From positions 47,680,543 through 47,712,695 of the forward strand of contig NC_068981.1 of NCBI RefSeq assembly GCF_001194135.2: a stretch of 32,153 bases of DNA, read 5' to 3'. Numbering within the stretch: the stretch's first letter is position 1; the number at the start of each line of letters is the position of its first letter. Shown here one piece after another: positions 1 through 10,745 of this stretch. The translations under genes and the position numbers were made by a program. Under the pieces are notes generated by a model, which worked only from the letters and a program-made list of their open reading frames with translations, was not told where the DNA came from and searched no databases. This stretch comes from Octopus bimaculoides (Eukaryota).

Positions 1-21
1 ATATATATACATACATATATA

Positions 22-477
22 TAGCGTGGCCTTCGGCGGAATTGAAACCCAGAACTTGAAGACGGAAGAAATGCCCCTAAGCATTTTTTCTGGTGCGATA
101 AGGTTTCTGCCAGCTTGCCGCCTTCCCAACAACCATAATAATAATCATTTCTCCTAAAGGCACAAGGCCTGAAATGATAAAAGGAAAAGTCGACCTTGGC
201 AGAATTACTGCTAAGCATTTCGCCCAGCGTTCTAACGATTCTGTCTGTTTGCCGCCATCACAACAATAATAATAATGGTTTCAAATTTTGTGACAAGGTC
301 AGCTATTTTGGGAGAGGGAATTTGTCGATTACATCGATGCCAGTGATTATCGACATCGAAATGTTAAAATGTAAAGTCGACCTCAGCGCAATTTGAACTC
401 AGAACGTAGCGACGGCCGAAATAATCCTAAACGTTCGGTCCAGAGCGCTAATCATTCTTCAAACTCACCACCTTAAC
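22..477 (-). mobile_element. Three head-to-tail copies of a tRNA-derived SINE (partial copies about 22-125, 149-260, 276-477), each with an (ATT)n tail
   Basis: Repeated blocks (aaagtcgacct, ctaagcattt, ttctg..gccgcc) separated by (AAT)n; B-box-like GAGTTCAAAT on the minus strand at 391-400; A-box-like GCTGGCAGAAA on the minus strand near 103-113; homologous copies at 8141, 9493, 9940 and 27790. Confidence 0.75.
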
Positions 478-773
478 AAAAATAGTAATAATAATAACAA
501 TAAAATTTGGAATGGATGTCTCCAATAAGCTCCAAAACAAAGAGGTGAGGAAAGTAGTGTGCGATATTAGTTAGGAGGGGTAGTAGTAGGCTCTAGATAT
601 ACAGTTGGCCCTACTGGTATTCTTCATTTTGGTTAAAGAAAAGAAAAAAATTACCTGCTTATACATGTACGAAACGATACTTAGAAAGATGTGCGTTACC
701 GACTAACGATTAGTTAGATGTTACCTCGTTCATTCAAGCGCGTATACTCTTTTGGTGCTATTTTACGTCAGTC

Positions 774-1738
774 CTAGTGAAACTATATTAGAAATTGGGA
801 TCTGTTCAATTTCGTTCATAGATTTTTGTAATTATTGGTTTTTTTTAACTAAACAGTTTGAAACTTCGTTTACTAGCGGTTTACTCAGTACGCTTTACTC
901 AGTATGGCTTACTTTCAACATTTTCGACAATATTTTCTAGTTTAGAAGTTATTTCGTGTTAAAGTTGTATTTGGCTAATTTTAGCGAATCAATGACGTGT
1001 ATTCAGTTGAAGAACGCTACTGTTGTTTGCGATAGTAATCGAAGAGGAACAACATCTTGATCATCTCTGCTAAATGTCACCACTGTGTTTTATTTTATGT
1101 TTGTATTCAGGCTGTGTTGCATATTACACGCTTGTTTTTTTTTTTGAGGGGATGTTCTCGCGTTTCACTATCCAGTAAATATCGATGAATCAACACAAAG
1201 AATGAAGAAATTTAGTTTGCATATATTTATTCGTTTGCCCCACATATAGTTAGAGATGAGGGAGTAATTGCAGCGGCAGAGACAAGATCGCTCACAGGTT
1301 GGCGGTTGATAGTGTAGAGAAGGAAAGAGTAAGGAATGTACGGTGATAACTAAAAAGGAAGAACGGATATAGGTGGCATCGTCTTTCTTGGGGCCGAAAG
1401 CTTTCCATTTGTATCAGCTATCACCAAGCAGCAACACTTTTCCTTCGCCCCTTCGCTCGACATACGAATAGAACAGGGAGGTGACATTTAATAGAGATAA
1501 CCCGGAAGGTGTTCCTCCTCGACTACTGTCGCAAACAGCAGTAGCTTTCTTCAACTGAATACACGAAATAACTTATAAAATACGAAATTTTGTCAAAAAT
1601 GTTGAAAGTAAACCATGTTGACCGTGAGAAATTACACCGGTATATGAAGTTTCAAACTGTTTAGTTAAAAGAAAATAATTTCAAAATCTGTGAGCGAGAC
1701 TGAACAGATCCAGAAATTGTTATGTAGAATGCACTACG
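774..1738. mobile_element. Foldback / long-TIR element: arms about 774-1081 and 1480-1738 around a ~400-bp spacer
   Basis: The reverse complement of the right arm aligns to the left arm, e.g. ggatctgttca (798-808) / tgaacagatcc (1701-1711), ttttaactaaacagtttgaaacttc in both arms, attcagttgaagaa..gctactg.tgtttgcga.agta.tcga, and taaatgtcacc (1071-1081) / ggtgacattta (1480-1490). No transposase ORF in the spacer. Confidence 0.8.
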
Positions 1739-3539
1739 AAAAATTGAGGAAGAGAGGCTAATGGCTCTTATCAATAATTGTATTTATATTTAATTTAAAT
1801 TTAATGTATATTTCATTTGGACTATAGTAATATGACTGATGAAGGGAAAATTTACTGTAATAAACTCTTAGGGCAAGCAATTGAGTGATGTAATTGTAAT
1901 GATGATTAAGAGAATACAATATCTGTGGGTGATAGACAGATATCTAGTATGCCGTAGTTTCTTAAAATAGCTCGGGTGAATATGAATGAAAATGTATTGC
2001 AGTGGCCTTCGAAGTTATATAAAAATCAGTGAGAGTATGAGCACAAGTTAGCAATAAAAAACTTAATATGTTAATAGAAATAGCAAAGAAGTACATAGAA
2101 TTTCGTTTGAACGAGTGGAGTAATACAATAACGTATTCTAGGGAGATTAATTATAGCGTAAAAAAAACAGAAGAATTTATCTTTAGCTAATTAGTTATTT
2201 CTTGAAAAGAGTTGCATCGAAACATAAAAAGTCAATAAGATAATCCGTTGAATAACAGGTACTAAAAATAGGGCTTTGACATAAAGCAAGAGTGAATAAA
2301 TAATACCGAAGTTGAAGATACAGGTTATATGAATGCATGACAATACCAGGATTCTTCCAAACAGCTCTTTATTTGCACTTTTATGAGCATGCATAACACA
2401 CATATCTACATTTGAGAAACCTGATACTTACCTACAATTTCATGGATTTCATGAAAACATTACCCTAGATATTTACAATGAAAATCAACAAAGTATGTAT
2501 AAGCAATATTCGTAAACAAAATTAAAGTAAGATGTTTTCTTTATTTTTGAGTTGGCACTGAATTCATAGCTCATGATAGAAAAGAAATGCTGAAATGTTG
2601 AAAATCTACCAAAATGAAAGAAAGAAAGACAAAATCATTTTATTTCAGTGAATGGTTATTTTAAAATTGGAGTAAGACGATTAGACATTTTATGTGTAGA
2701 TCTCAAGAATGCCAGAGGAATTTGCTAAAACTATGAATTGACTTAAGTCAAATTATGAAATATAAAATTGATATCTCAAATAAGATAACGTATAATTTTT
2801 TAAATGAATTGATTGCTTCAGCCTGCTGAAAAATGAACAAGAGATCGTACATCATCATTATCATAATCAACAACAACAACAACACACAACCAACCAACAA
2901 CAATAATAAGTAACGACGGGTTTTCTAGAGTTGCTTGCCAGCAAATGTCCCACACAGCCACGTGTATGTCTCTCGTATATTAAATTCTTGAGTTCTTCAA
3001 TTTATTTATTTATTTTATATTTCCTACCGTAAGAACACAATAACCTATTAACGAACATTCGTAAGTACACAATATTTCTATTAATAATACACATAACTTT
3101 ACACCGCATTTTAACGATAAAGAGTTTCTATATTGTAACGCCCACTTATATCCTTGGCTATGTCTGTGAAATACTCCAGAAAGCAGATATTTTGCTTATT
3201 TTATTTGCTATTGTTACCTATATTTTATGTTTTTGCAGAAACCACGCAAAATCAGCTAAAACAATTATGTCCACTTCTCCATGATAAGAAGACCCAACAA
3301 ATATATATAAAAACAGACATAAAGGCGCAAAAGGATGCCCCTCTCCAAAAAAAAAAGCAAAGAAGCGCCTGAGTGTTGTGACAACACACCTACAAAAGTT
3401 ATAAAAGGTCACAGTGAAATGGGCATTCTCGTTATTACATGTTTCATTTTTTTCAAACTCAAGACATCTGCACCCCATGTTTAAATCTCATTGCCAAAAG
3501 AGTCGTTCATCTATAACATTTACCGCTAAGTGAGAGAAA

Positions 3540-3779
3540 TATGTTGTTGTCACTGCGTCGCTTACGACATCGAGGGTTCCAGTTGATCCGATAAACGGAA
3601 CAGCTTGCTCGTGAAATTAACGTGCAAGTGGCTGACCACTCCACAGACACGTGTACCCTTAACGTAGTTTTCGGGAATATTCAGCGTGACACAGTGTAAC
3701 AACGCTGACCCTTTGAATTACAGGCACAACAGAAACAGGAAGTCAGAGTGAAAGAAAGTTGCGGTGAAAGAGCACAGTA
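3540..3779 (-). mobile_element. SINE-like interspersed repeat, truncated at the (TAA)n tract
   Basis: GC-richer block (gatccgataaacggaacagc...acgtgtacccttaacgtag) with a short (CAA)n-like end at 3542-3549 on the minus strand; recalled as a common octopus repeat but there is no second copy in the window. Confidence 0.4.
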
Positions 3780-3788
3780 ATAGTAATG

Positions 3789-3849
<61 letters not shown>

Positions 3850-3858
3850 TAATAATAA
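3780..3858 (+). repeat. (TAA)n microsatellite, 5' flank of R4/Dong element 1
   Basis: Read directly from the sequence. Confidence 0.97.
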
Positions 3859-6800
3859 CAGAAAGTTCAAGCGAAGGCTCAGNNNNNNNNNNNNNNNNNN
3901 NNNNNNNNNNNNNNNNNNNNNNNNNNNNNNNNNNNNNNNNNNNNNNNNNNNNNNNNNNNNNNNNNNNNNNNNNNNNNNNNNNNNNNNNNNNNNNNNNNNN
4001 NNNNNNNNNNNNNNNNNNNNNNNNNNNNNNNNNNNNNNNNNNNNNNNNNNNNTGAGAAAAGAATCAGATTCTACAGGCAAAATATGATGTTCAAATCCAA
4101 TGCCAAATCATTTTACAGGGAAATAGGGAAAGAAAAAATAACCATTGAAAATCCACCCCCAATGGAAGAAGTTGAAAACTTTTGGAAAGGGATCTGGAGT
4201 GATGAGAAACCATACAATGAAAATGCAGACTGGATCAAACACACCCAAGATGCCTACAAAAATCTACAAGAACAGGTATGGGAAGACATCTCAATCGCCG
4301 ACCTAAGGAAGGCACTAACGAAGGCTCATAAGTGGAAATCCCCTGGTACTGATAGAGTACCAAATTTCTGGCTCTCATCACTCTCGTCCGCACACAAAAT
4401 GTTAGTAATACTATTTAATAGTATTATGAAAGACCCAGAAAAAACTCCCCATTGGATGGCAAAAGGTATTACTTACCTCCTCCCGAAAAATAACGTAACC
4501 AAAGACCCAAAAAACTATCGGCCTATAACATGTTTGTCTACTACCTATAATATTTTGACATCTATTCTAGTGGAGAAAACATAAACGTTTATGGAAGAGA
4601 ATAACCTCTTTCCCACTGAACAAAAAGATGCAGACGCGGCTCATACGGATGCAAAGATCAGCTCTTAATTAATCGCATGATCCTTGAGAACTGCCATAAC
4701 AAGCGCAGAAATCTCAGCTCTTCATGGATTGATTATAAAAAAGCATTTGACAGCATACCATATTCGTGGATTCTGAAATCGCTGGACATTTTCAAAATTT
4801 GTCCTGTGATTTCAGATTTTTTAAAGTATAATATGTCACTTTGGAACACGAAGCAGCAATTATATCATTTTAATGGTGTATTGCACTCAAATAATATTAG
4901 CATAAACTGTAGCATTTTCCAGGGTGACTCGCTTTCACCACTAATTTTCTGCATAGCACTAATACCACTCTCAAGTGAACAGGGTATGGCTACAAAATTG
5001 ACAACAGGAAAATAAGCCATCTATTTTATATGGATGATTTAAAGCTATATGGCAAAGATGATGAAGAGCTTCAGGGACTATTACATACTGTGAAAGGATT
5101 CAGTGATGATATCGGGATGTAGTTTGGCCTTGAAAAGTGTGCCAAAGCTACCTTTAAGAAAGGGAAACTGGTAAAGTCAAGTTCAATAGAATTAGATGTC
5201 GAAACAGTAATAAAAGACCTTGAGCAGGAACAAACCTATAAATACCTAGGAATAAATGAAGGATCTGGTATGCAGCATGCAAGCATGAAAGAGAGGGTTA
5301 GGAAGGAATGTTATAGAAGAGTTCGAGCAGTTCTGAAGTCTGAGCTGAATGTATATAATAAGGTGTTAGCCATAATTACCTTAGCAGTCCCAGTTGTTCT
5401 TTATAGCTTCAATGTGCGTAACTGGAATACCAGTGAAATAGTCAAAATTGATAGAAAAATCCGCAAGCTACCGACTTGTAATAAGATGCAACATCTAAAG
5501 GCAGACGTGGATCGTCTTTACCTTCCCAGAGCTCAGGGAGGTCGAGGCTTGATCCAGCTTGAACTTACGTACAAAACCACCACAGTCGGACTGGCCAAAT
5601 ACCTTGGAACTACCAACGATTGGATGGTGAAACTTGTTGAAAAACATGAAAGACCTAAAAAACTCCACTCTATTTTGAAAGGGAGCAAAAAATTCGCTAC
5701 CGAACTCTTAGATACCCACCAGCTTGATCAGGTTGAAGGAAATGCGCCAACTGCTGCTGCAAAGAAAATAAAATTAATTGCAAAGACAAAAGCACATGAA
5801 AAATTAGCTAGCAGATGGGAACAGATACCTCTGCATGGCAAGTATGTGGCTCGTAGCAAACAAGCTGATGTCGACCAGAAACGCACGCATCAGCGGTTAC
5901 GAAGTTCAGGGCAAAAAGCAGAGAGTGAAGGTTTCATATTGGCTGCTCAAGACCAAAGCTTATTAACCCGGAACTACCAAGCCAATGTGATAAAAAATAG
6001 AGCTGACCCAAAATGCCGATTTTGTAACGATGCGNNNNNNNNNNNNNNNNNNNNNNNNNNNNNNNNNNNNNNNNNNNNNNNNNNNNNNNNNNNNNNNNNN
6101 NNNNNNNNNNNNNNNNNNNNNNNNNNNNNNNNNNNNNNNNNNNNNNNNNNNNNNNNNNNNNNNNNNNNNNNNNNNNNNNNNNNNNNNNNNNNNNNNNNNN
6201 NNNNNNNNNNNNNNNNNNNNNNNNNNNNNNNNNNNNNNNNNNNNNNNNNNNNNNNNNNNNNNNNNNNNNNNNNNNNNNNNNNNNNNNNNNNNNNNNNNNN
6301 NNNNNNNNNNNNNNNNNNNNNNNNNNNNNNNNNNNNNNNNNNNNNNNNNNNNNNNNNNNNNNNNNNNNNNNNNNNNNNNNNNNNNNNNNNNNNNNNNNNN
6401 NNNNNNNNNNNNNNNNNNNNNNNNNNNNNNNNNNNNNNNNNNNNNNNNNNNNNNNNNNNNNNNNNNNNNNNNNNNNNNNNNNNNNNNNNNNNNNNNNNNN
6501 NNNNNNNNNNNNNNNNNNNNNNNNNNNNNNNNNNNNNNNNNNNNNNNNNNNNNNNNNNNNNNNNNNNNNNNNNNNNNNNNNNNNNNNNNNNNNNNNNNNN
6601 NNNNNNNNNNNNNNNNNNNNNNNNNNNNNNNNNNNNNNNNNNNNNNNNNNNNNNNNNNNNNNNNNNNNNNNNNNNNNNNNNNNNNNNNNNNNNNNNNNNN
6701 NNNNNNNNNNNNNNNNNNNNNNNNNNNNNNNNNNNNNNNNNNNNNNNNNNNNNNNNNNNNNNNNNNNNNNNNNNNNNNNNNNNNNNNNNNNNNNNNNNNN

Positions 6801-6893
6801 NNNNNNNNNNNNNNNNNNNNNNNNNNNNNNNNNNNNNNNNNNNNNNNNNNNNNNNNNNNNNNNNNNNTGAAGAAAGAAGAAAAAAACAACAAC

Positions 6894-6894
<1 letters not shown>
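3859..6894 (+). mobile_element. 5'-truncated R4/Dong-clade (RLE-type) non-LTR retrotransposon, element 1; the 3' part lies largely in the N gap 6035-6867
   Basis: RT and pre-endonuclease motifs (see pseudogene entry); bounded by (TAA)n on both sides; the post-gap end gaagaaagaagaaaaaaacaacaaca(taa)n resembles a non-LTR 3' end; the 833-nt gap is compatible with the missing knuckle, RLE and UTR (about 570 nt in element 2). Confidence 0.85.
4054..6034 (+). pseudogene. Disrupted reverse transcriptase ORF of R4/Dong element 1
   Basis: Motifs: WKSPGTDRVPNFWL, KNYRPITCL, WIDYKKAFDSIP, FQGDSLSPLIF, SHLFYMDDLKL (YMDD at 5027-5038), FGLEKC, YKYLGI, LYLPRAQGGRGL, SEGFILAAQDQSLLTRNY, CRFC. Stops at 4582-4584 and 5120-5122; frameshifts near 4627 and 4980. 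Confidence 0.92.

Positions 6895-6951
<57 letters not shown>
6895..6951 (+). repeat. (TAA)n tail / target tract after R4/Dong element 1
   Basis: Read directly from the sequence. Confidence 0.97.
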
Positions 6952-6952
<1 letters not shown>

Positions 6953-7081
6953 TATTTTAGGAATGAGAACCCAGGTTCGAAATTTCCCCAAGACATTTGA
7001 TGAAGGCTGGAGGGTATATCAGCCGATACGTTGTGTTAACAACAAACAAGATGAGGACAAATATCGTCAAATGTAAATAAT
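6952..7081 (+). mobile_element. Hammerhead-bearing repeat module, family 1, copy 1
   Basis: Closely matches 16913-17062 on the minus strand (ttaggaat..a.cc.aggttcg.aatttccccaagaca...gtcaaatgtaaataat). Confidence 0.85.
6992..7037 (+). ncRNA. Minimal type I hammerhead ribozyme motif with a damaged core
   Basis: Stem I GACAT / GTGTT; core TTGATGA (C3 to U); extra A; perfect stem II GGCTG-GAGGGTATAT-CAGCC; GATA (from GAAA); palindromic stem III ACGT; GUU cleavage triplet. Confidence 0.7.
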
Positions 7082-8140
7082 TTTTACTCGGCGTATCCAG
7101 TAAGCTGCAGTGAATAGCACATACAAGGCCTAGTAGCTGTATAATCTCCGGCAATATTCGGGCGGCCAGATTTCCTTAAGCCTCCAGAATATTTCTTGTG
7201 AACGTCCATTAATGCTGGCGGAGGCCTGAAACAATTTCGTAGATGCTCGATGGACCTGTGTGGGTTTACGGGTGTACTTGGTAACACAAGATGAAAGTAC
7301 AAACTTCCTCGATTTTACTGAACGTTTTTCACCTGAGATATACGTTGACAATAAACATATGGACAGGACAAGACATATCGGCTTATCAAGATCATATACA
7401 ATGGAGAATATTATATAGGTTAGCAGATAGGTTTAAAGGAGGCTGTCCACAATTTAACGTAATCGGCTATATTGACCAATACTGTTGGATAGCATGGGAA
7501 TCCTATGTAGCTATCTCGTTACAGGAAGCGAAACACGTATTTCTCTGTGCATCATGATCGCGGAGACCAAATTAGCGAACTCTCAAGGGAGCTTTGGCGG
7601 TGACAACGTCAACAGTAACTAGCAATTAAAATCGCGTGGAGCGATTAGATGATGTTCATTAAGATTTAGAAAAGAAATCGTGTTAAAAATAAACTAAAAA
7701 TATACTGGAAGGCTTAGATATGAATGCTGTAGTGTTGCACAAGAAACATTTTGCGTAAACATTGATTTCTCAAAAAATAAAGCACATGGTGTAATTCAAA
7801 AGAACGAAACCCATTCCCTTGGGAATGAAGCTACAATTCGACTTGAGCTGATCGTAATGAGCGTGTCTTCCTCGATCCCAAGGATATGTAAGTTAGCTTT
7901 TAGGATGCGATTTGCGCGAATTTTTGGGAGTTGAGCCACTCTGTGCAGAAAGGATAGATTTCATAACCTATCTCGTCATCGGTCCCAGCATTGGAAGAAA
8001 GCTGTTCCGAAATCCGATAAAAGAATAGAAATTTGAAAGATGATAGCTCACTACATGACAATACTTAGCAGGACAATACTACTGATGAGCGTTACCGTTT
8101 TGGAATGCACTCCACAAGCCAAGCAAATTTAAAAACTTAT

Positions 8141-8321
8141 AGCGGTGGCAAATTGTGAGAAACATTAGCGCAGTATTTCTGTGCATTTTCTCCGTTCGCC
8201 TAGGTTGACTTCACAATCCATCTGTTATGGATCGATTAAGTATGTACAAGTGAAATATATGGGTCGATAGAGTCGACTATCTTTTATCAGAAAGTTTCAA
8301 ACCTTATGCCTGTAGTAGAAA
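8141..8321 (+). mobile_element. Degenerate tRNA-derived SINE, same family as 22-477
   Basis: aggttgactt..atcc, gggtcgata..gtcgact and ccttatgcctgtagtagaaa followed by an (ATT)n tail; reverse complement of the motifs at 149-400. Confidence 0.6.
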
Positions 8322-8322
8322 A

Positions 8323-8388
<66 letters not shown>

Positions 8389-8492
8389 CATCATCATCAT
8401 CATCATCATCATCATTAGTATTATTGTTCAAATTATTATAATCATCATCATCATCATTAGCAGCAGCAGCAGCAGCAGTATTAGTAGTAGTT

Positions 8493-8546
<54 letters not shown>

Positions 8547-8555
8547 TTGATGATG
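8322..8555 (+). repeat. Compound trinucleotide microsatellite (ATT)n(ATC)n..(AGC)n(AGT)n
   Basis: Read directly; it explains ORFs 8297-8578 and 8306-8587. Confidence 0.97.
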
Positions 8556-8794
8556 AGTTGGGAATAGCAAAATGTCAAACGATATAAGCAATAGAGAATG
8601 AAAATTACAATTATTTGTCAATATGAAGAAATTAATTTTCATACGAAATTTATAAGGGTTTTGAGAGTGTTTTCATATTAGGAGATATTAATGACGTATA
8701 TAAATATTTGTTGGGTCTACAAATATGCACACACATAGCCTATGATTGACGGCTAAATCCACCCGTTCATTTTAACCTCTTTTTATTCTCTCTC

Positions 8795-8935
8795 TATTTA
8801 TTTCCTCGTGTTCATTTCTGTTCAAGAGCGTAGTCTCGAAACGTAAAAGACTATCTCACCTTAACAAACGCGTCAAACCATTACACCTGCTTGTGGTTTA
8901 TACACCTGGTTTCGTCTTTTGCTTTTCTGTAAAGA
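8795..8935 (+). mobile_element. Hammerhead-like repeat module, family 2, copy 1 (degenerate motif at 8813-8850), ending in (TA)n
   Basis: Homologous to 28344-28488: ctatttattt...tttctgt.caagagc.tag.ctcgaaacgtaaaag...gcgtcaaac..tacac.tgcttgt...ttcgt.tttgcttttct.taaa, then (TA)n. Confidence 0.75.
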
Positions 8936-9449
8936 TATATATATATATATATTGATAAAAAGTGTAGGTGACATACGTGTAGGTATATAATAATAAAAAG
9001 AAGTTTGAAAACGCCACTACATTAAGATATATTTTAATTTTCTCAGACATATTTTACATGCTTTGATTCTTGAAAAAACGAACCTTATCAAAAATAGAGA
9101 TTTTTAAAAGTGTATTTAAAAGAATAGTTCATTACTGTTTCTTACTGGTGTCAACAGAGTCCACGTAGAAGCGTTTTATGTGTAGTAACATAATGGTTGT
9201 CTTGTGCATTGACTTGAATCGTTGGCTGCGGTAAGAGTAGTATTAGTGACCGCGTTGGTAGTGGTGAGTAAACGGGTGTGGTCCGTTGGCCGTAATAGCA
9301 GTCTGTACTACAGACAAAGGTCACTTCAATTAAATATAGAAGACCTGAGACAACCAAAACCAACAGAGGATGAAAAAGAACCGAAACATGTAAAATATGT
9401 CTGAGAAAATTAAAATATTTCTTAATGTAGTGCCGTTTTCAAACTTCTA

Positions 9450-9492
<43 letters not shown>

Positions 9493-9494
<2 letters not shown>

Positions 9495-9762
9495 AGCATT
9501 TCGCAAAGCGTTCTAACGATTCTACTAGCTTGCCACCTTCACAACGACAATAATAATAATGTTTTCAAACTTTCTCAGAAAGGCAGCTATTTTGGGAGAG
9601 GGGATGTGTCGATTATATCGACCCCAGTATTTATCGACCACGGAAAGATGAAAGGCAAATTCGACCTCGACGGAATTTGAACTCAGAACATAGCGACGGC
9701 CGAATTAAAACACAGCATTTGGTCCAGCGCGCTAACCATTCTTCAAACTCACGGCCTTAACA
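9493..9762 (-). mobile_element. SINE dimer (head of one copy, (ATT)n, full second copy), homologous to 216-477
   Basis: Colinear with 216-477 including the (AAT)n junction; B-box-like GAGTTCAAATTCC on the minus strand near 9673-9685. Confidence 0.75.
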
Positions 9763-9939
9763 ACCAGAGTACAATATACTGAAGAGTAGATTTCAACATT
9801 AGTCTTCATAACCTGACGGTCTCTATTTTGAACTCCATTTGCAAATATTTATATAATATTGATTTAAAATGTTGGTGCTGCAACATGACGGAGGATGCAG
9901 GACGATATATTCGACTCAAGTCATAAAGTGTTATTTAGT

Positions 9940-10055
9940 TTCTCGACCCCTATGTGTTGAAAGGCACAATTGACCCCGATGGCTTTGGAACTCACAAACG
10001 GACGAAGAGCTACTAGCCATTTTGCCCGATTTGCTAGCGACTTTGCCGTCTCCCG
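9940..10055 (-). mobile_element. Degenerate SINE fragment, same family
   Basis: tcgacccc..tgaaaggcacaattgacccc..ggaactcac..acggacgaa..ctagccattttgcccg resembles 9640-9750 and 27820-27930. Confidence 0.55.
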
Positions 10056-10539
10056 GCTCAGTTATTTATACAATATTCACAAGCAAAATACATAGGTTGT
10101 AGATGTATAAAAATCGATATTTGTTTCGTGATTTGTGACCTTGTCCTGGCCTCTAAGACTTCCTTCTTATCGAATTTACCCTCACCAAAGTTGTGAGGCC
10201 TGCTGCCTAGAAACCATTACTAATATCATTACTACTATTATTTTCATCATTATTCTGACATATTTGTTGCTTTTTTTATTACTTTTAAAATTGCAAGTTT
10301 AACATCAATTGATACAAGCAAATTAAAATATGATTTATGAAATCCGGGCAAATAATTTGATTAAATTTTATTTTGTGTAATATTTTCAAAGTTTGTTTAA
10401 AATGATTTATTTTGGCTCAATTCAAAATTTGAAATTTAAAAGTGATTGATGAATGGGAAAATGTATAAAACAACGTTCGATGAATTATTGTTTTAGATGT
10501 TGCAATCTAGTTATATTATTCTCTACTTTCTCCCACCTC

Positions 10540-10745
10540 CTCCTTCTTATCATCATCGTCATCATCATCATCAACATCATCATCATCATTACAATCATCG
10601 TCAGCGTCGTCGTCATTATCATCATCGTCGTCGTCATCATCATCATCGTCGTCGTCATCATCATCATCATCATCATCATCCTCATCAGCATGACTATCAT
10701 TAACAGCATCAGCCTCCTCATCATCATAATCTTCATTGACATAAT
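10540..10745 (+). repeat. (CAT)n/(CGT)n compound microsatellite
   Basis: Read directly; source of the poly-I, poly-H and poly-M ORFs at 10453-10797. Confidence 0.95.

Noticed and set aside
1700-1790. LRKIEEERLMALINN read as a Penelope GIY-YIG C-terminus
   Set aside because: Much of the upstream part is the right arm of the foldback element, stops intervene, and no GIY-YIG motif is present.
1836-1875. CTGATGA-A-GGGA as a hammerhead
   Set aside because: No GAAA(C) or cleavage triplet follows; half-core only.
7090-7700. GC-richer block with ORFs 7084-7557 and KIAWSD*MMF (Tc1-like first Asp motif)
   Set aside because: No further transposase motifs could be aligned; probably an old repeat, but not classifiable by eye.
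8082-8120. CTGATGAG as a hammerhead
   Set aside because: No stem II or GAAA downstream.
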